A stretch of DNA of 64,000 bases from the NCBI RefSeq assembly GCF_008831285.2, contig NC_045138.2:15314001-15378000 (forward strand), read 5' to 3'. Under the pieces are notes generated by a model. That model made no database searches. It saw only the letters and a list, made by a program, of their open reading frames with translations, and was not told where the DNA came from. Of this stretch, positions 25,401 to 39,403 are shown one piece after another; position 1 is the first letter of the stretch; each line of letters starts with the position of its first letter. The stretch is from Nymphaea colorata. Its lineage: Eukaryota. A program made the translations under genes and the position numbers.

Positions 25401-26869
25401 AAGCATGCTAACTGTCTCGGCTTTTGGGCTTTTGAAATTTGGGTGTTGGCCCACTGTCTTTGCGTTGCGGGTCCTCCTTTTCCTCTTTAAGATCAACGGT
25501 GTTCCGATAGAACACACTCTTAGGAGAGATTAAAGGTCAAGTTCCGATATAATGTCTTTAACCTTTTGGTTTATTTGGAGTAGTTTAGTTGCTTGATTAA
25601 CTTGTCTATGAAGATGAGAAGTTTGTTCTCTACAAAAGCTATTCAATTGTAGTAAAAGGATCTTGGAGAGCTTCGACATCAAGATTTTGATTGGATTTGG
25701 AGAGGTTCAACGGAATTTTTTTTTTAAAATTTTGCTTGTACATCATCCCTTTGAAATAAATATATAAAAAATCACCCCAAAGGGCGTAGCATAAATGACT
25801 GGACAGACAGACACTGCGTTTGAAGTGTGTCATCGGTTTGATTTCTATAGGTGATATTTCTTAAATCCGTAAATGGTGGTGGGATTGAGATACTTTTTGA
25901 TAAGTGTACCATACTTCACTCAAGTCGTGTTGGCTTGCGTGACCAATTGTTGCACACAAACCCATACGATTTGCTTATTGATACATTGTTGCTTCGTAGT
26001 GAATCATTTTCTTAATGTGCATACTGATGCCTCTTAAACGTCAAATATTTGATGTATTGATGGTCGTTAGTGAGAAATTTTTGGCTGATCTGCCACTGCT
26101 TCGGCGGCGTGTTTGCATGTTGATTGGATGTCATGACAGACATGCTAGTCCCAGACTTACAGTCATGAAAAAAAGTTTCGCTTAAAGCACTCCTTCCGGA
26201 CACCTATTTCTTGCCTTACCGTCATGAAAGTCAGTCTTGCATAACTGTCTCACTCTATAGCGACACTCCGTGGTGTTTGATTGTGGAGATGTACTTTTTG
26301 AGACAAAACGTCTCCAAAGTGCGTTACTAAACACCTCCATCCACCCCCATCAAACATGCCCTTGCTCACACCTAATCATGTATTTTTGAAGTAGATGAAT
26401 TGCGTCTAAGTGGGTAATTGCCTTAAAGCATATAAACTAAAAGAAGATTAAAGCTCCGTAACTACGATATGCATCCGTTTCTTATAGTAAAGGAGGGGCA
26501 AAAACTATCGATCGGATTCACATCTATCGGTGTAAACGGTTTGAATATAGGTTAGACTTAAACTCAAGGCCTTTTCTTAAAAGATCGAATGTGAATCCAG
26601 CTAACACAAGATACCGACATTGTTAGGCAATTGGGTCAAATCTTTATAAAGTTATAGACTTATGCTTAGCTCGGATTTGAACTCAATTGTGAAATTGTGT
26701 GTCATACCTAATCAATAATCATACCTGGTTTTCAGATCTGCTAAATTATTTCATTCCAACTCATTCACAACCCTTATATTTCAACATTTAACAAGGAAAT
26801 TCACCAAAAATGTCATTAAATTTCAGCACCGCCCTGTACGGCAATAGTGTGTGTATATATATATATATA

Positions 26870-27232
26870 TATAACACCCAAAACATTTAGTCTCGTATTG
26901 AACATTATGAGAGATCTTCAAGAGCTTATAGAGAGAGTTTCTGAATAGATGGTTGTCCTGATTCCTAACCTTTTTGAGGTTGGAGCCAAAACTGCTAGGA
27001 GACAGGTTGGGATCCGCCGAACCAAGCACCTAAGCCCAAGAGTGGGTCAAGTTGTTACTATGGTATCAGAGTCGGTTCAACACTCGGATCTAAGGTCTCA
27101 CACATGCGGACGCGTGTGCCTTAAGGAGGGTGGATTGTAACACCCCAAAAGTTTAGTCTCGTATTGAAGGTTGTAAGAAATCTTCAATATGGGATCAGGC
27201 GCCCGACCCCAGGAGTGGGTCGAGTTGTTATA
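26870..27232 (+). mobile_element. TRIM (terminal-repeat retrotransposon in miniature)
   Basis: 5' LTR at ~26870-27059 (tataacaccc..gagtgggtcaagttgttact), PBS TGGTATCAGAG (tRNA-iMet type) at 27061-27071, ~75-bp non-coding internal region, PPT aaggagggtgga at 27123-27134, and a 3' LTR at 27136-27232 (tgtaacacccc..gagtgggtcgagttgttata) carrying an internal deletion. Confidence 0.82.
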
Positions 27233-28526
27233 TTAGCTGGGTTCCTCATCATATAAAATAAATTAATCACCCTTAACTTGTCCCATCAGCAAACCATGGA
27301 AGAGCCACTGCGGCAACCATATGTACAAAATTATCAACCTCATGTGGCCAATGCGGAGCAGTCTACAATCTGAACACCAACACACCAAATTAGAAAACTG
27401 GTGTTGGCAGAAAGTAACTTATGTTGATGTGATACTTATGAGAGATAGTCTATTCAAAGCAAATTCACTTTGGAAAAGCTTCAAAATTCATTTTAAACTG
27501 GTCATTATTTAACTTTTTAAAAGTAGAAATTTATTAAAACCAGATGCCCTTGTCCTGTTATACATTAATGCTTGTCCTGTGGATATGCCCTAATGCATCC
27601 CAAGTGGGGGATGAGGAAATCAGGAAGGTGGAAGTCCCAAGTTCAATTGGCAAGAAAACAAAATGGCATATGCTTTCTTTTCTTTTATAATTTTTTTGTT
27701 CATATTAAACAAGAGATAGAGCCAACCGAAGAAGGACCCAAGCTCTCCCTCTTTCTCTTAGAGTTTAAGGCTGCTTCTAGACTTGGGTAGATGTGTGTGT
27801 AATATTTGCAATTTGAAGTAGTGTGCTAACAAGAAAGAAAGAGAGAAAGGGATAGAGAAAGAAGCAATGATTGGAATAGAGAAGAGTAGGAAGAGTACCA
27901 AGGAGACGAACCATCTCTTAAAACACTCTTCTTCATGCGCAGCAGAGCGAAAATCAAGCAAAGAATATAAACGATCATCTCAATCAATTAGAAAGAGATA
28001 ATATCTCAGCTGGTCATAAAAACCTAGTAGATATTGACAATTGCAACAGAAAATGTAAAAATTATTTGTGTTGTATAAATGAAGGTTCTGCGTCGCGAAT
28101 TTCAAAATTTTCACCTTCATCATATTAAAACCTTAATCTTTGTTTCTTACTGTCACTTAATTTTAACACATTAAACGAGAGAGAGAGAGAGAGAGAGTAG
28201 ATTTTTCACGTACATGCAAGTGCGTGTGTGGTGGAGGGAAGGAGGGTGGCCCAGCAACTAAGTGGCGCGTAAGAAGCCATGAAATGCGGTGGAAATTGCC
28301 ACAACATTTCACTTGGAAGGCAATTGCAAGTTAAGTTCCTAAAGGGTGAAGGCTGAATGGAGCCACCAGCACATCCATCGTCACATTCCATCCTTGTGCC
28401 CATCAGGGAAAAAGATGGCGTACGTACTGTCCTCATCCTTTTAATGGGGTTATGGATTATGGAAGCCATGAGAAAGTCTATCGGAGTAGTTAACTACATA
28501 GCTTCTGTTGCAAAAAGCCATTTCTG

Positions 28527-28527
<1 letters not shown>

Positions 28528-28571
<44 letters not shown>

Positions 28572-28572
28572 C

Positions 28573-28638
<66 letters not shown>
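28528..28638. repeat. Compound (TA)n/(GA)n microsatellite
   Basis: Interrupted TA run followed by a GA run. Confidence 0.9.
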
Positions 28639-30344
28639 CATACCAAATTAAACGTAACATAGCTCTAGAAATTGAACAAATTTTCGACATTCATACATAA
28701 CAAAATTTTGGAAATTTGACACAAAATTCAAGAGGTTTTAACCTTTCTGCTTTAGGAAATCAAGAGTATGGGTTTCTATTTGAGCGTCTGTCTGAGAAGA
28801 TCCAGTATAATCTTTCAGCCCTTAATATTTCTTCAATCTCTGACCGTTTCTTTTTTTATGATGAGAAAAACCAGTAAGGCTGCCTTCTAGATGTATTGAA
28901 ATACAAATCGAGTAAAACATGTTTAGCACAGTCCCGTCTGGTTGACTTCCCACGAACACAGACCTAATGCTCTTCAATATCGTCAAAGAAGTAGAAGACG
29001 AACAAGAAGAAGAAATAAAGGCTAAAAGATGATGGAACTGTGAATTATACTGTTTATGGAAGACGAAAACGCACTAGGAATTATGGAATCAGGCAAGAAT
29101 CAACTCCTCCTTTTTGTGAGAAGATTGCCTTCAGTGGTTTTCTCTAACATCATTGGGTGTTGATCACAACTTGAAACTTTCGAGATAATTTCAAAAGAAG
29201 GCGTGCTTTTTTGGCTAAACTCTAAACGCGGGCCTATTTTGAAAAGAAAATGAAGAACCTGGTTTGTTTCTTGTTTTCTACATCTCTTCAAGAAAGATCA
29301 ACACGCTGGAGGCTGATGCTGATTCATGAAGTTGGTGAATTCTGTATGTATTACTCTTGCAGGTTAAACGTGCAAGGAATCCAAGAAAATAAGTCCCTTG
29401 TTTGAGAAGTCCCGCCTTCATTAGTTCTACCAAAATGAAATCACTTGCATGAATTAAGAACCAACTTGAGGTTTTTAATCATTTTCTGTCAGATTGTTCC
29501 GACGGGCTTTTTGACTGGCACAGCGTAATGCAGTAAATACAGGATCTTTTCCATTTTCATGATTAACAGGAGATGAGAGGCAGCACACAGTGCTTGAAAA
29601 GATTGAAGGTAAAGCCACCATCCAGGAGCTTCTTTGGATACTTTGAGTTTCAAACTGGTTTTCATGATAAGCAGGAAAAGTTTTTTCCATTTTTCCGCCT
29701 AATAATGGCCGAAATTTGCAGGTCATTTTTGACAATTCAAGAAAGCCAAATTGCGGAAACTTTTTCCTTTGCATATCATCTGTCTTTGATAATTCTGTAG
29801 TTCAAAAGATGGCACGAGGGTACTTTTATTTGTACCAAGATGCATAAATGTCATCATGTTTTTATGTCATAAATGCAACGCAAACCAGTGTGCAGATATC
29901 AGACACTTGAAATGCTAAAATTTTCAGGGAAAACTTTCTGATACATAAAGATGAAATTTTCTTGATTAATAAGTAATAAAGAACCCAATGTCTTCTTAAA
30001 TACATCATTTATGTTTTTCAAAAAGAAAACAACAATATTTGTCACTATTCTAGAGAGAGAGAGAGAGAGAGAAAAGAGGGCAAAGAAGGCAAAGTAGCTT
30101 GTCCTCACATGCCTACCACTTTCCACTACAAAATCAACTTTGGACCCACATTTTAAAGGAAAAATTGAAAAAGGCAAAAGATGAGAGGGGAAAAAAAAAG
30201 GTAGAATCCTTCTCCTCTCTGATGAAGAAAAGCACACACTCCCACAAATCCAAAACCCACTTAAAAGCTCCTCCAACACCAACATCCTAGAAACCTTCAA
30301 ACTCTCTCCCTCTCTCTCCATCTTCCATTTCCCTCACCTAGCTC

Positions 30345-30417
30345 ATGTCTAGGCGATACGCAGCCTGATCTCTCTCTTTCTCACATGTCCGAAGATCAGC
30401 AACAACAAAGACAGTGA
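30345..30417 (+). promoter_or_regulatory. Two short upstream ORFs before the SMXL3-like start codon
   Basis: uORF1 at 30345-30368 (MSRRYAA*) and uORF2 at 30385-30417 (MSEDQQQQRQ*). uORF2 is in frame with the main ATG at 30421 and ends 3 nt before it. The transcription start is unknown. Confidence 0.45.
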
Positions 30418-30420
30418 ACC

Positions 30421-33080
30421 ATGAGAGCAGGAGCAAGCAGCCTACAGCAGACGCTCACCCCGGAGGCCGCCTCCGTCGTGAAACAGTCGGTGATGCTGGC
30501 CAGGAGAAGGGGGCACGCCCAGGTCACCCCACTCCATGTGGCCAACACCATGCTCTCCTCCTCCACCGGCCTCCTCCGCACCGCCTGCATGCAGTCGCAC
30601 TCCCACCCCCTACAATGCAAAGCCCTCGAGCTCTGCTTCAACGTCGCCCTCAATCGCCTCCCCGCCACTTCCTCCACCACCACCTCCACCACTTTCCACC
30701 ACCACCACCCTTCTCTCTCTAACGCCTTGGTTGCTGCATTCAAGCGCGCTCAGGCCCACCAGAGGCGCGGCTCCATCGAGAACCAGCAGCAGCCGCTGCT
30801 TGCAGTGAAGGTAGAGGTAGAGCAACTCATAATCTCCATCCTAGACGATCCTAGCGTCAGCAGGGTGATGAGGGAGGCGGGTTTCTCGAGTACCCAAGTG
30901 AAGAATAACGTGGAACTGGCTGTCTCTCTCGAGATCAGTTCCCATCCTTCTCTCTCTAAGCCAAAAGAGCCAAATTTAGGGTTCCCCATTTTGAATTCTG
31001 GCCTTAAACAGACTCCTTTCTCTAGCTTGGACTCTGTGAATAATGAAGACGTACTTAGTCTTGTGGACGCACTCTTAAGTAGGAGAAGGAAGAGTACTGT
31101 TGTTATAGGGGAGTGTCTAGTGACAGCAGAGAGCGTAGTGAGAGGGCTTGTAGGAAAGATTGAAAAGGGTGAGATTCCTGACCCTCTGAAGAGCGCTCAG
31201 TTTCTATCTCTCCCACTTTGCTCCTTTAGTCATCAGTGTAAGGATGACGTCGAGCAGAAGCTGGGAGAGCTGAGGTGTGTGTTGAATAGGTGCATAGCAA
31301 GAGGGATTATCTTGTATGTAGGGGACCTGAAGTGGACAGCAGAGGTTACAGAAAGTTATGATGATCAAAGAAGGAAATATTTTTGCCCCATAGAGCATAT
31401 AGTCCTCGAGATCGGAAGATTGGTGTCTGATTTTGTGGAAAGCGGGAGATTTTGGCTACTGGGAGTTGCAAGTTATCATACTTTTACTAGATGTAAGATG
31501 GGTCATCCTTCTCTGGAAAGTTTGTGGGGACTTCACCCCCTTCTCATTCCTGCAGGAAGCTTGGGACTTAGTTTGAATTCAGAAAGGTACTGTTTATCCA
31601 AACATTCTGTAAAGAATTTTTGTTATTCCTATACATGTTTTGTTTTCTTTTTAAATTTGTCTCAAGCCTTTGGTTTCCAGGTCTTAATTCTTTGAAGGGT
31701 TTGCTATTTTCTCAGGGACATGCTGGGTAAAGGACATGATGCTGGTGCCGGGAAGCAGCTTACTTGCTGTGCTGACTGCCTCAATAAGTTTGAGATGGAT
31801 GTACAAGCATTAGCTAGAACCATCCACGGCAACCCTACCAACCTACCTTTATGGATGCAGCAATGCAAAGATCAGAAATTGGATCCCCTTAGCAATGATT
31901 TGGTGAGTACAGCTCCTTTCTTGAATTTGATGCTGCGGTTCAGTGGAATTATAAATTGAGTCTCATTGGTGTGAGTGTTGCGCTTTGGCAGGATCAGTTT
32001 CAAATAAGAGAGCTTTGCAGGAAATGGAACGGTATATGCAATTCTTTGCATAAGCAGCATAAGCAGCAGGCAGAAAACACCATGAGCTTCTTTTTTTCCT
32101 CTCCATCCTCTTCCGTTAAATTCTCGAGCAGCTGGAACCATACTGAACTAACCTCAACAAATCACTCCTGGGAGCAACACTCCATCTGCATTCCAGGAAG
32201 GCAAGCTACCACCCTCTTGGATCTTCCCAGCTGCAACTCTAGCCCTAACTCAAGAAATCCTGACGCAGACACAATGAAATTCAAGCAGTTCAATGCCGAA
32301 AGCCTGAACAGCCTCTGCAGTGCCCTTGAGCAGAAAGTGCACAGGCAGAAGGTCATCATTCCTGAAATTGCAAGCGTGGTCTTGCAGTGCAGGTCAGGGA
32401 TGGTTAGAAGGAAAGGGTTGAGAACAAGGGAAAGAAAGGAAGACACATGGCTGCTGTTTGAAGGTGGGGATACAGAAGGCAAGGAAATAATTGCAAGGGA
32501 GCTAGCAAACCAGATTTTCAGCTCGGAGAAAAGTTTTGTTTCCATTGGGTTGAGCAGCTTCTCCTCAGTAAGAGCAGACCCATCTGAAGATTTCAGAGGC
32601 AAACGATGCAGAGAGGAACAGGATGGTTTCAGTTACTTTGGGAAGCTCAGTGAAGCCATAAGGTACAACCCTCACAGGGTTGTATTCCTAGAAGACATAG
32701 AGCAGGTGGACTATCACAGCATGATCAACATAAAGAGATCCATAGAGAGGGGGATGGTGTTTGGACCCGACGGTGATGAGGTTAGTGTTGGGGATGCCAT
32801 CGTCATCATGAGTTGTGAGAGCTTTAGGTCCAAGTCCAGAGCCTGCTCTCCCTGTGTTAAGCAGAAATCAGGGGGCAGCAGTGAGGAAGTAGAGGAGGAG
32901 AGACTTAGCAGCGTTGAGTCTGGTGAGAGGGACAATGGTAGCAGTCCATGCATTTCGTTAGATTTGAATCTGTCTGTGGAGGATAATGAAAGCGTGGAGC
33001 AGTATTGTGAGGTAGAGCTGCCCAAGTGTGTGGACAGAAGTTTTGTTTTTGAGGTTGAAAGAGCCGAGAGATTTGTATAG
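30421..33080 (+). CDS. SMXL3: SUPPRESSOR OF MAX2 1-LIKE protein, SMXL3-like, 3 exons, ~813 aa
   Basis: Exons at 30421-31586, 31716-31902 and 31992-33080 (GT-AG, phases join, 2442 nt). It has a double Clp-N start (MRAG..LQQTLTPEAASVVKQ..LARRRGHAQVTPLHV, SHPLQCKALELCFNVALNRLP, SNALVAAFKRAQAHQRRG), GDLKW, CCADC, EIASVVLQCRSG, LEDIEQVD, SCESF.S.SRACSP and an EAR-like LDLNL motif. These match the SMXL3/4/5 group, closest to SMXL3. Confidence 0.92.
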
Positions 33081-33159
33081 AAACGTTTTTTTTTTTGTGG
33101 GAATTGTGGATTGGTTTTTAATTAGTATGTAAAAATTGGAACTGGTTCATGGGATCTGG

Positions 33160-33209
<50 letters not shown>

Positions 33210-36200
33210 GCATGCAAGTAAAAGTTTGCAGGTAGGCAGACTAAGGTGGCTAAACAGATAGAGGGCCATGCAGATAGCAGAGCTGAGATGGGCTCATGAT
33301 CACGGTCATGTCTCGATCTTGCTTTGTGTTCTATTTTTTAATGTGGTTTTGGCAACGTCGCCATGAAAATTGGCTAATTACTATAAAAGGAAAGAGTAAA
33401 TATTTGTTATTGTTTAAGCACACGTTAATATTGAAGCATATAATGAGTGTTTACCACACCAAAAGAAAAAAGATTGCTTAAAGAACCTACCAAACGAATT
33501 GAGATCATCTCTCTCTCTCTCTCTCTCTTTTTGTTTTCAAATGATGGGTAGCAACTGGTCAGGCCGGATGGCTTCATGTCCTAGTTCTTGTCTTTGGAAC
33601 CTCATTTTTTGGTTTGAATAAATTTGGGGCAATTCCCCAACAGGTGTTATCCTGAATGTTTTCCCCTTTTTTTTTCTCTCTCTCTCTCTCCACAGTCCCG
33701 GCATTTTAGTTCTCCTTCAAAGACATATGTCTTTACTTGATTAATTGACGCTAATTTGAATGTTCGTTCAATGCCAATTTATCATTGTGCAAACACGCAA
33801 ATGAGTTATTTACATGAGAACCCAAAATAGGATATGCTTTTAATGCTCACATATATATGTATTTGTCCGTTTCTATGCTTTTCCATACCTACAATACTAA
33901 TTTAATTTGAAAACCTAAAGATCTTGTCGATCGGACAGCACGTCTGTGACATTCAGCGTGTTTTGTTGAAAAGATGTATGGAATATCAAGTCATTCAAAT
34001 GGAAAAGATGAATCAATGTCAACAATCAGATGGGAGAATATATGAGTTTAAAACCTTCAGAAAAGCATGTCTTCGGATCAGAAATTAGTTGTGTCACATT
34101 TAAAACACTTGAGCAAAAGAATGTAACAATATATCAACAAAACAGTGGCAAATTCTTCCACGTCAGCCTGATTGCCTTGTTTGACAAAAATGTACACACG
34201 AGAATGAACAATCTTGTAACTAGTTAACAGTACAATATGAGAACTTGTTCTCAACCACAACTGCATGTAGATGAAAATTGATCCGACGGCTAAGATATGA
34301 TCTATAGTCCCAGTCGATGTCGATTAAAGTTTTGGCAATTATTTTGATGTTTATAAGCTACCTTCCATAGGTGCTGCAAGTCAAAAAGGATATCGGAATC
34401 ACCGGTAGTATTGACCGGAATGTTGGTCGGCGATAGTTGAGGAAGCACTCTCAATCCATACGTATTCTTTGTCTTCTTTACTGCTTGATACAACTTTGAC
34501 GTTGTGTTCATTAAACAAGTACCTAAATGGAATTTATGCTTGTCCTTAGTTCAACTTTAGCTGCCTTTATGCTTCCTCTTGCTTCGCTATATTCTTTCCT
34601 TCCGTCCTCCATTCGGCCGATCAATGATTCACTTTATGGCGATCTTTTTCATCGTCATAAAGTATATCAGCAACTCAGAGAGAGAGAGAGAGTGAGTAGC
34701 GACCATATGAACTAAAGTTAATCTATATCCAGGGATTGGTGCAGTGTGGCAATTATGTTCAGTTGTTATATGGTCAGTGATGTTCCTGGTTTTAAGTGTT
34801 CTGCTTTTAGCAAAAGTTCAAGCAAGGTACACCTGCTGCATCAAGGTGGTACTCCTGAAGGATTTTGCCACTGTTCCCAAGAGGGTTCTGGTTTCCCTTC
34901 AACTTGTGCAGAAAAGTGGACATAAAGAGACTAGCAAGTGAAGAGCCGTCTAAATCTTGCCTTAAAATTGCTTTAGTTGAAGCTGTGAACCTCTAAAGGA
35001 AGGAATTTGATCAGATAATCGATTTTAAGTCATATTGAAGGTCGCATATATCCCACATTCAATTTGGAATGATCAGTCTTCACTCATTATGTAATATGGT
35101 AAGAATACGTAATCTGCAATGTTTTTCTCGTTGGCTGTTTGCTTGCATGCCTCCACCTTATTCTAATTACAATTTATACTCTTGATTATATTGGGCGACC
35201 TCGACAAGGTGGCGTTGGAGATATGGGAGGACCTCAAGCCTGTGATATAAGTTGAGATCCCCTATTTTAAAATAGATTTCATCGGCCTCATTAGTTTGGG
35301 GTGCACAGAGAAACCCACAGCCTAACTGAAGGCCAAATTTGCTCACCTAACCCTCATCCTTTTAAAATATAAGGTCTGCTTGTAGTATCTTGAGATGCCG
35401 CCCCCACCATGCTGAACCCTGTAAAGTTGAATATAATGTGTAGAGAAAAAGAATTCAACTTCATATCCGAATCTGAGATAGTCGGTGATCGAGATCACTC
35501 TAGCACCACAACCTCTTTCTAACCAGCTAGCTTGCATCAATCTTTTTCGAACAATTAACGCTTGTATTAATACGTCGCACAAGGCCTTTTCCTAATTAAC
35601 CATTAGGAGCATATTCTTTATCTTTTATAGTTTTAAGTCCTTTCTTTCGTCTCGTTTAAAAAAGAAGGTCCTTTCTTTCAAATCATCAGGATGGAGCTCG
35701 ACGACTTCATGTCCTATCGATGCTTTGCTTTCACTGTTATGGATGCCATTAAAGAATTCTTAGTGGCCGATATGAAAGAAAGGGGGCGGCTCCTGGTCAT
35801 GTCGCGGGGCATATGCATGGTGAGTGGCAGGCCCAAAATAGCTCGTATCAACGGGCTCTATGAACGGAGATGACTTTGAGGTCAGACAAATTCATAATAT
35901 ATAACTGCCTCTGTGTAGGCCAACCTGATATCCTGATCCACATCTGTTACAGCAAGTTTTCTCTATCAACCTAGCTAGGTCTGCATAGGTCTGGTTTTGG
36001 TCTTATACCTGCCATTAGATGCATATTCAATCTAAAAAATGCATTTGGGCAGTTTCAGGAATATTACTTTTCTCTAGATTTTTGGTTGGTCGGTTACCTT
36101 ATTGATGATGTGTCTAATTATCGTCATCATGTAGCTCCACGCACAAAAGTGTATGACTTTTGAACTCTGAGCACTTATTGGTACCAAATGCTCTTCGCAG

Positions 36201-39200
36201 GAAGTATCTATATAGACCATGTTCTCTATATGTCTAGACTCTTGGAAAAAGAAGTTTTTAAATGCCTAAGAATGACGCTAGAATGTTAACATCTTTACTG
36301 TATCAATACCTTCCTCTTTGTCTCTCTCTCTTCATATATATAGTTGGCAGGTCCCAAACCATTAGGTCAGGGACAAAACCAGTTTGCTTATCATTCAAAT
36401 ATGAAGGACGAGCTCTAGGTTTTTTATGGCTTGACAAATTCTTAAAAGATAGGTACTCGAATCACTTGGTTCATTACCAAACTGTTTATCAACCGGTTTA
36501 TTGTCAGACTGTTCCTTATATGGTTCATGTTCAGTTGATTCATTATCGAACTTTTTTTCAGTCGATTCATTGTCAAACTATTATTTTGAATAGATCAGAT
36601 CGTCCAGTAAATTGGTTTGATCTTTAGATCATTATTTTTATTATTGAGTTTTTTTATGAACTTTACATCCCTACTTTCGATTAGTCTCATAGTCGAGGTA
36701 GTAATTATGGCATATTTTTTGCGAAGAGAGCGAGAAAGAGAGCATGAACTAAACGCAAGTATCTTTGCACTTTGGCAAAGAGCTGGCTGGTTGGTGATTT
36801 GCAGAGCAGAGTGTAGCTAGAATTCGACAGCGAATGTGATGATGAGGGTAGGGCCAGCAACCGGCCGATGGATGAGCCAAAAAGTCCCAAACGAAGGTAG
36901 AAGATGGATCACCAAATGCTCGCAGCAATTAGGGACAAATAAATTCGGGCATATTGCAAAAGGCAAAATTAAGGTATGATTCATAACGTAAGGGCAGAGC
37001 AAAGGGAAACCTACTTTGGAAGCAGAAAAGCGAAATCTTCCTTAATAAATTTCAAAAGAGCACTCCTTTTAATGCACCTTGATGCGTTGAAAAGAATCCC
37101 TTTTTCCTTCTTTTTGATTTCATAAGCAACATTCTCTCCTTTGGAAAGTGAGTCCCCCTAAACAAAAGAAAAAAATTAAAGTTTTAGTTCAGAAAAATGC
37201 GAAAGGGCATCTCCCCTTTAAGCCTCACAAGAATGTTGGCTTTACGAGAAAAGATATCGCCCTTCTTCCAAACAAATTAAATTACCAAAATCCACCCAAG
37301 GCAGTGGAAGAATGACATTGCCCCATCTTTATCATAATCTATTCAACTGCATATAACTTCTTACGTTTCTCTCATTGCCCTCAGATTTTCTCGAAATTCC
37401 AGAAACCACACCAGACTTGCATTATTGGCCAAGACAACCCCAAACTTTCAAGGAACCCCTTGGCTTTTACTTTTCAGAGGCAAGTGTGCACCAAGTTCCT
37501 TTGTAACATTCCATCATCCTGAGTTTTGAAAGTAAGATAAACCAATGCTGAAATGACTTAGCACACTCCTCACCAAACTCAGCTGATAATAGATTCCAAT
37601 CTGTCCTCTAAAAGTTTTTCGGTTTTAACATGACGAAGGTTAATGACAACTAACTACTTAACAATTTCCTTTATAAATCTTCAAAGATTCTCACAGTTTT
37701 CAATATAGGACTAAACTCTCAAAATACAATGGAAGTTATAATTTACCCCCCTTAAGGCAGCATCTGTGTGTGAGGAACCGTAAGTCCGAGCATTGAACTG
37801 ACTCTGACACCACTGCAACGACCTGGCTCAGGATGGATCCCAACTTGCCCCCTAAAAATTTCAGTTTTAGCATACCTGAAAAAGGTCAGGATCCAAAACG
37901 ACTAACTACTTAATACCTTCCTTATAAGTCCTTGAAAATTCTTCATTGAAAGTGAAGCATTACAAATATATCATTATGAAATGAGAGTCTGATACTCCTC
38001 TTCCTAGAGCTTCTTGCTTCGAATGTGTACGACTGCATCAATTTGTGGAGGAGATTAAGGCCCACGAGAATCCAGTTATATATAGGGGACGCCCCACAAA
38101 AACCCAACCAGATACTCACTTTCTACCAATCGGACCAGCTACATATGTCAAACCTCTTAGAGCAAACTGCACCAATATGCTCGTTTAGGGAGCCGATAGA
38201 GAAATTTATAAGGCTCGATGACTCCATAATATCCTGAAAGTGATTATATTATGCTGTTTGTAAGTCTGGAATTTGTCGCTTGTGACTTTTAACGAAACTG
38301 TGTTCGGAGAAATAACGAATGTTTTGTAAAGTGTAAAAAAGGAGGGGGCTGAGCTCATTCATTCCCCACAGGCCGCAGGCCTTTTCCCCTTTCAAACTCT
38401 ATTATATATTCCCTTCCTTTTGAGGCTTCCCTCCTTCTTTTGGGGGCTTTTCCTCCATCAGGAAAAAAGGAAGAAACCTGTCTCCTCCCACATGGCTGCT
38501 TTTTCCTCTCTCCTTCTTGCAGATGCTAATTCCACTGAACGGCAAGCACCATCGGATAATTTATCTCTTTCTAAGACATTGGTGGGACCGAACGCGTCGG
38601 CCACATCCTCCTTTTGTTAACTTTACTGTTCTTGTTTACTCAGTTTTATTTTCATGTCGTTGGAAACTATTTAATTATATTCCTATGCGTGTATACAAGT
38701 ATGACAATGATTGCATTGCATCTTATGTATATAAGAAATAAGATATGATTGCTCTCCAGTCGGAACACGACACTGGAATAACTGGGATATCAATAGTAAG
38801 TTGAACCTTATCATTTATATTTTGTTATGATACATGAGGACGCACATGTTTGTGTTGGTTTGTGTGTGTGTGTGTGTGTGAGGGCGTGCGTGCATGCAAT
38901 GCTTAATTGAACAAGTGAGTGCATGCATGCATGGCCGATAGAGAAATATTGTCCATGATCAATCTCAATGCATCACGTTTTACTTCTCTCAACAAGTGCC
39001 TTTCCGATATTCTCTAACTGAATATGTTATATAATTGATGTTTGAATATACCAACATGTTTCTGCCGTAAAACTAAAATTGAGTGATTTCGTAAAATTGT
39101 ATATAATGCCAACGGGTCGAGCTCTCTAAGTCATACAAGCGTCAATCATTCAGTACTTCTCAAGTATCTTGTTGATAAACCCAAAATTTGTATTGTGAGG

Positions 39201-39342
39201 ATTAAATTTTATAATTTACACATTGAAAATTCTCATAGATTCATCGATTGACTATATGTCAAGTTTAACACGTACAAAACAGCACATCCAACACTTGCAA
39301 ACTCAAGGGCAAGCGAGGATCAACATAAACAACGTAATCTAA

Positions 39343-39403
<61 letters not shown>

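Noticed and set aside
25771..25860. Possible tRNA-derived SINE head (A-box- and B-box-like words)
   Set aside because: Boxes are highly degenerate, with no tail, TSD or cloverleaf.
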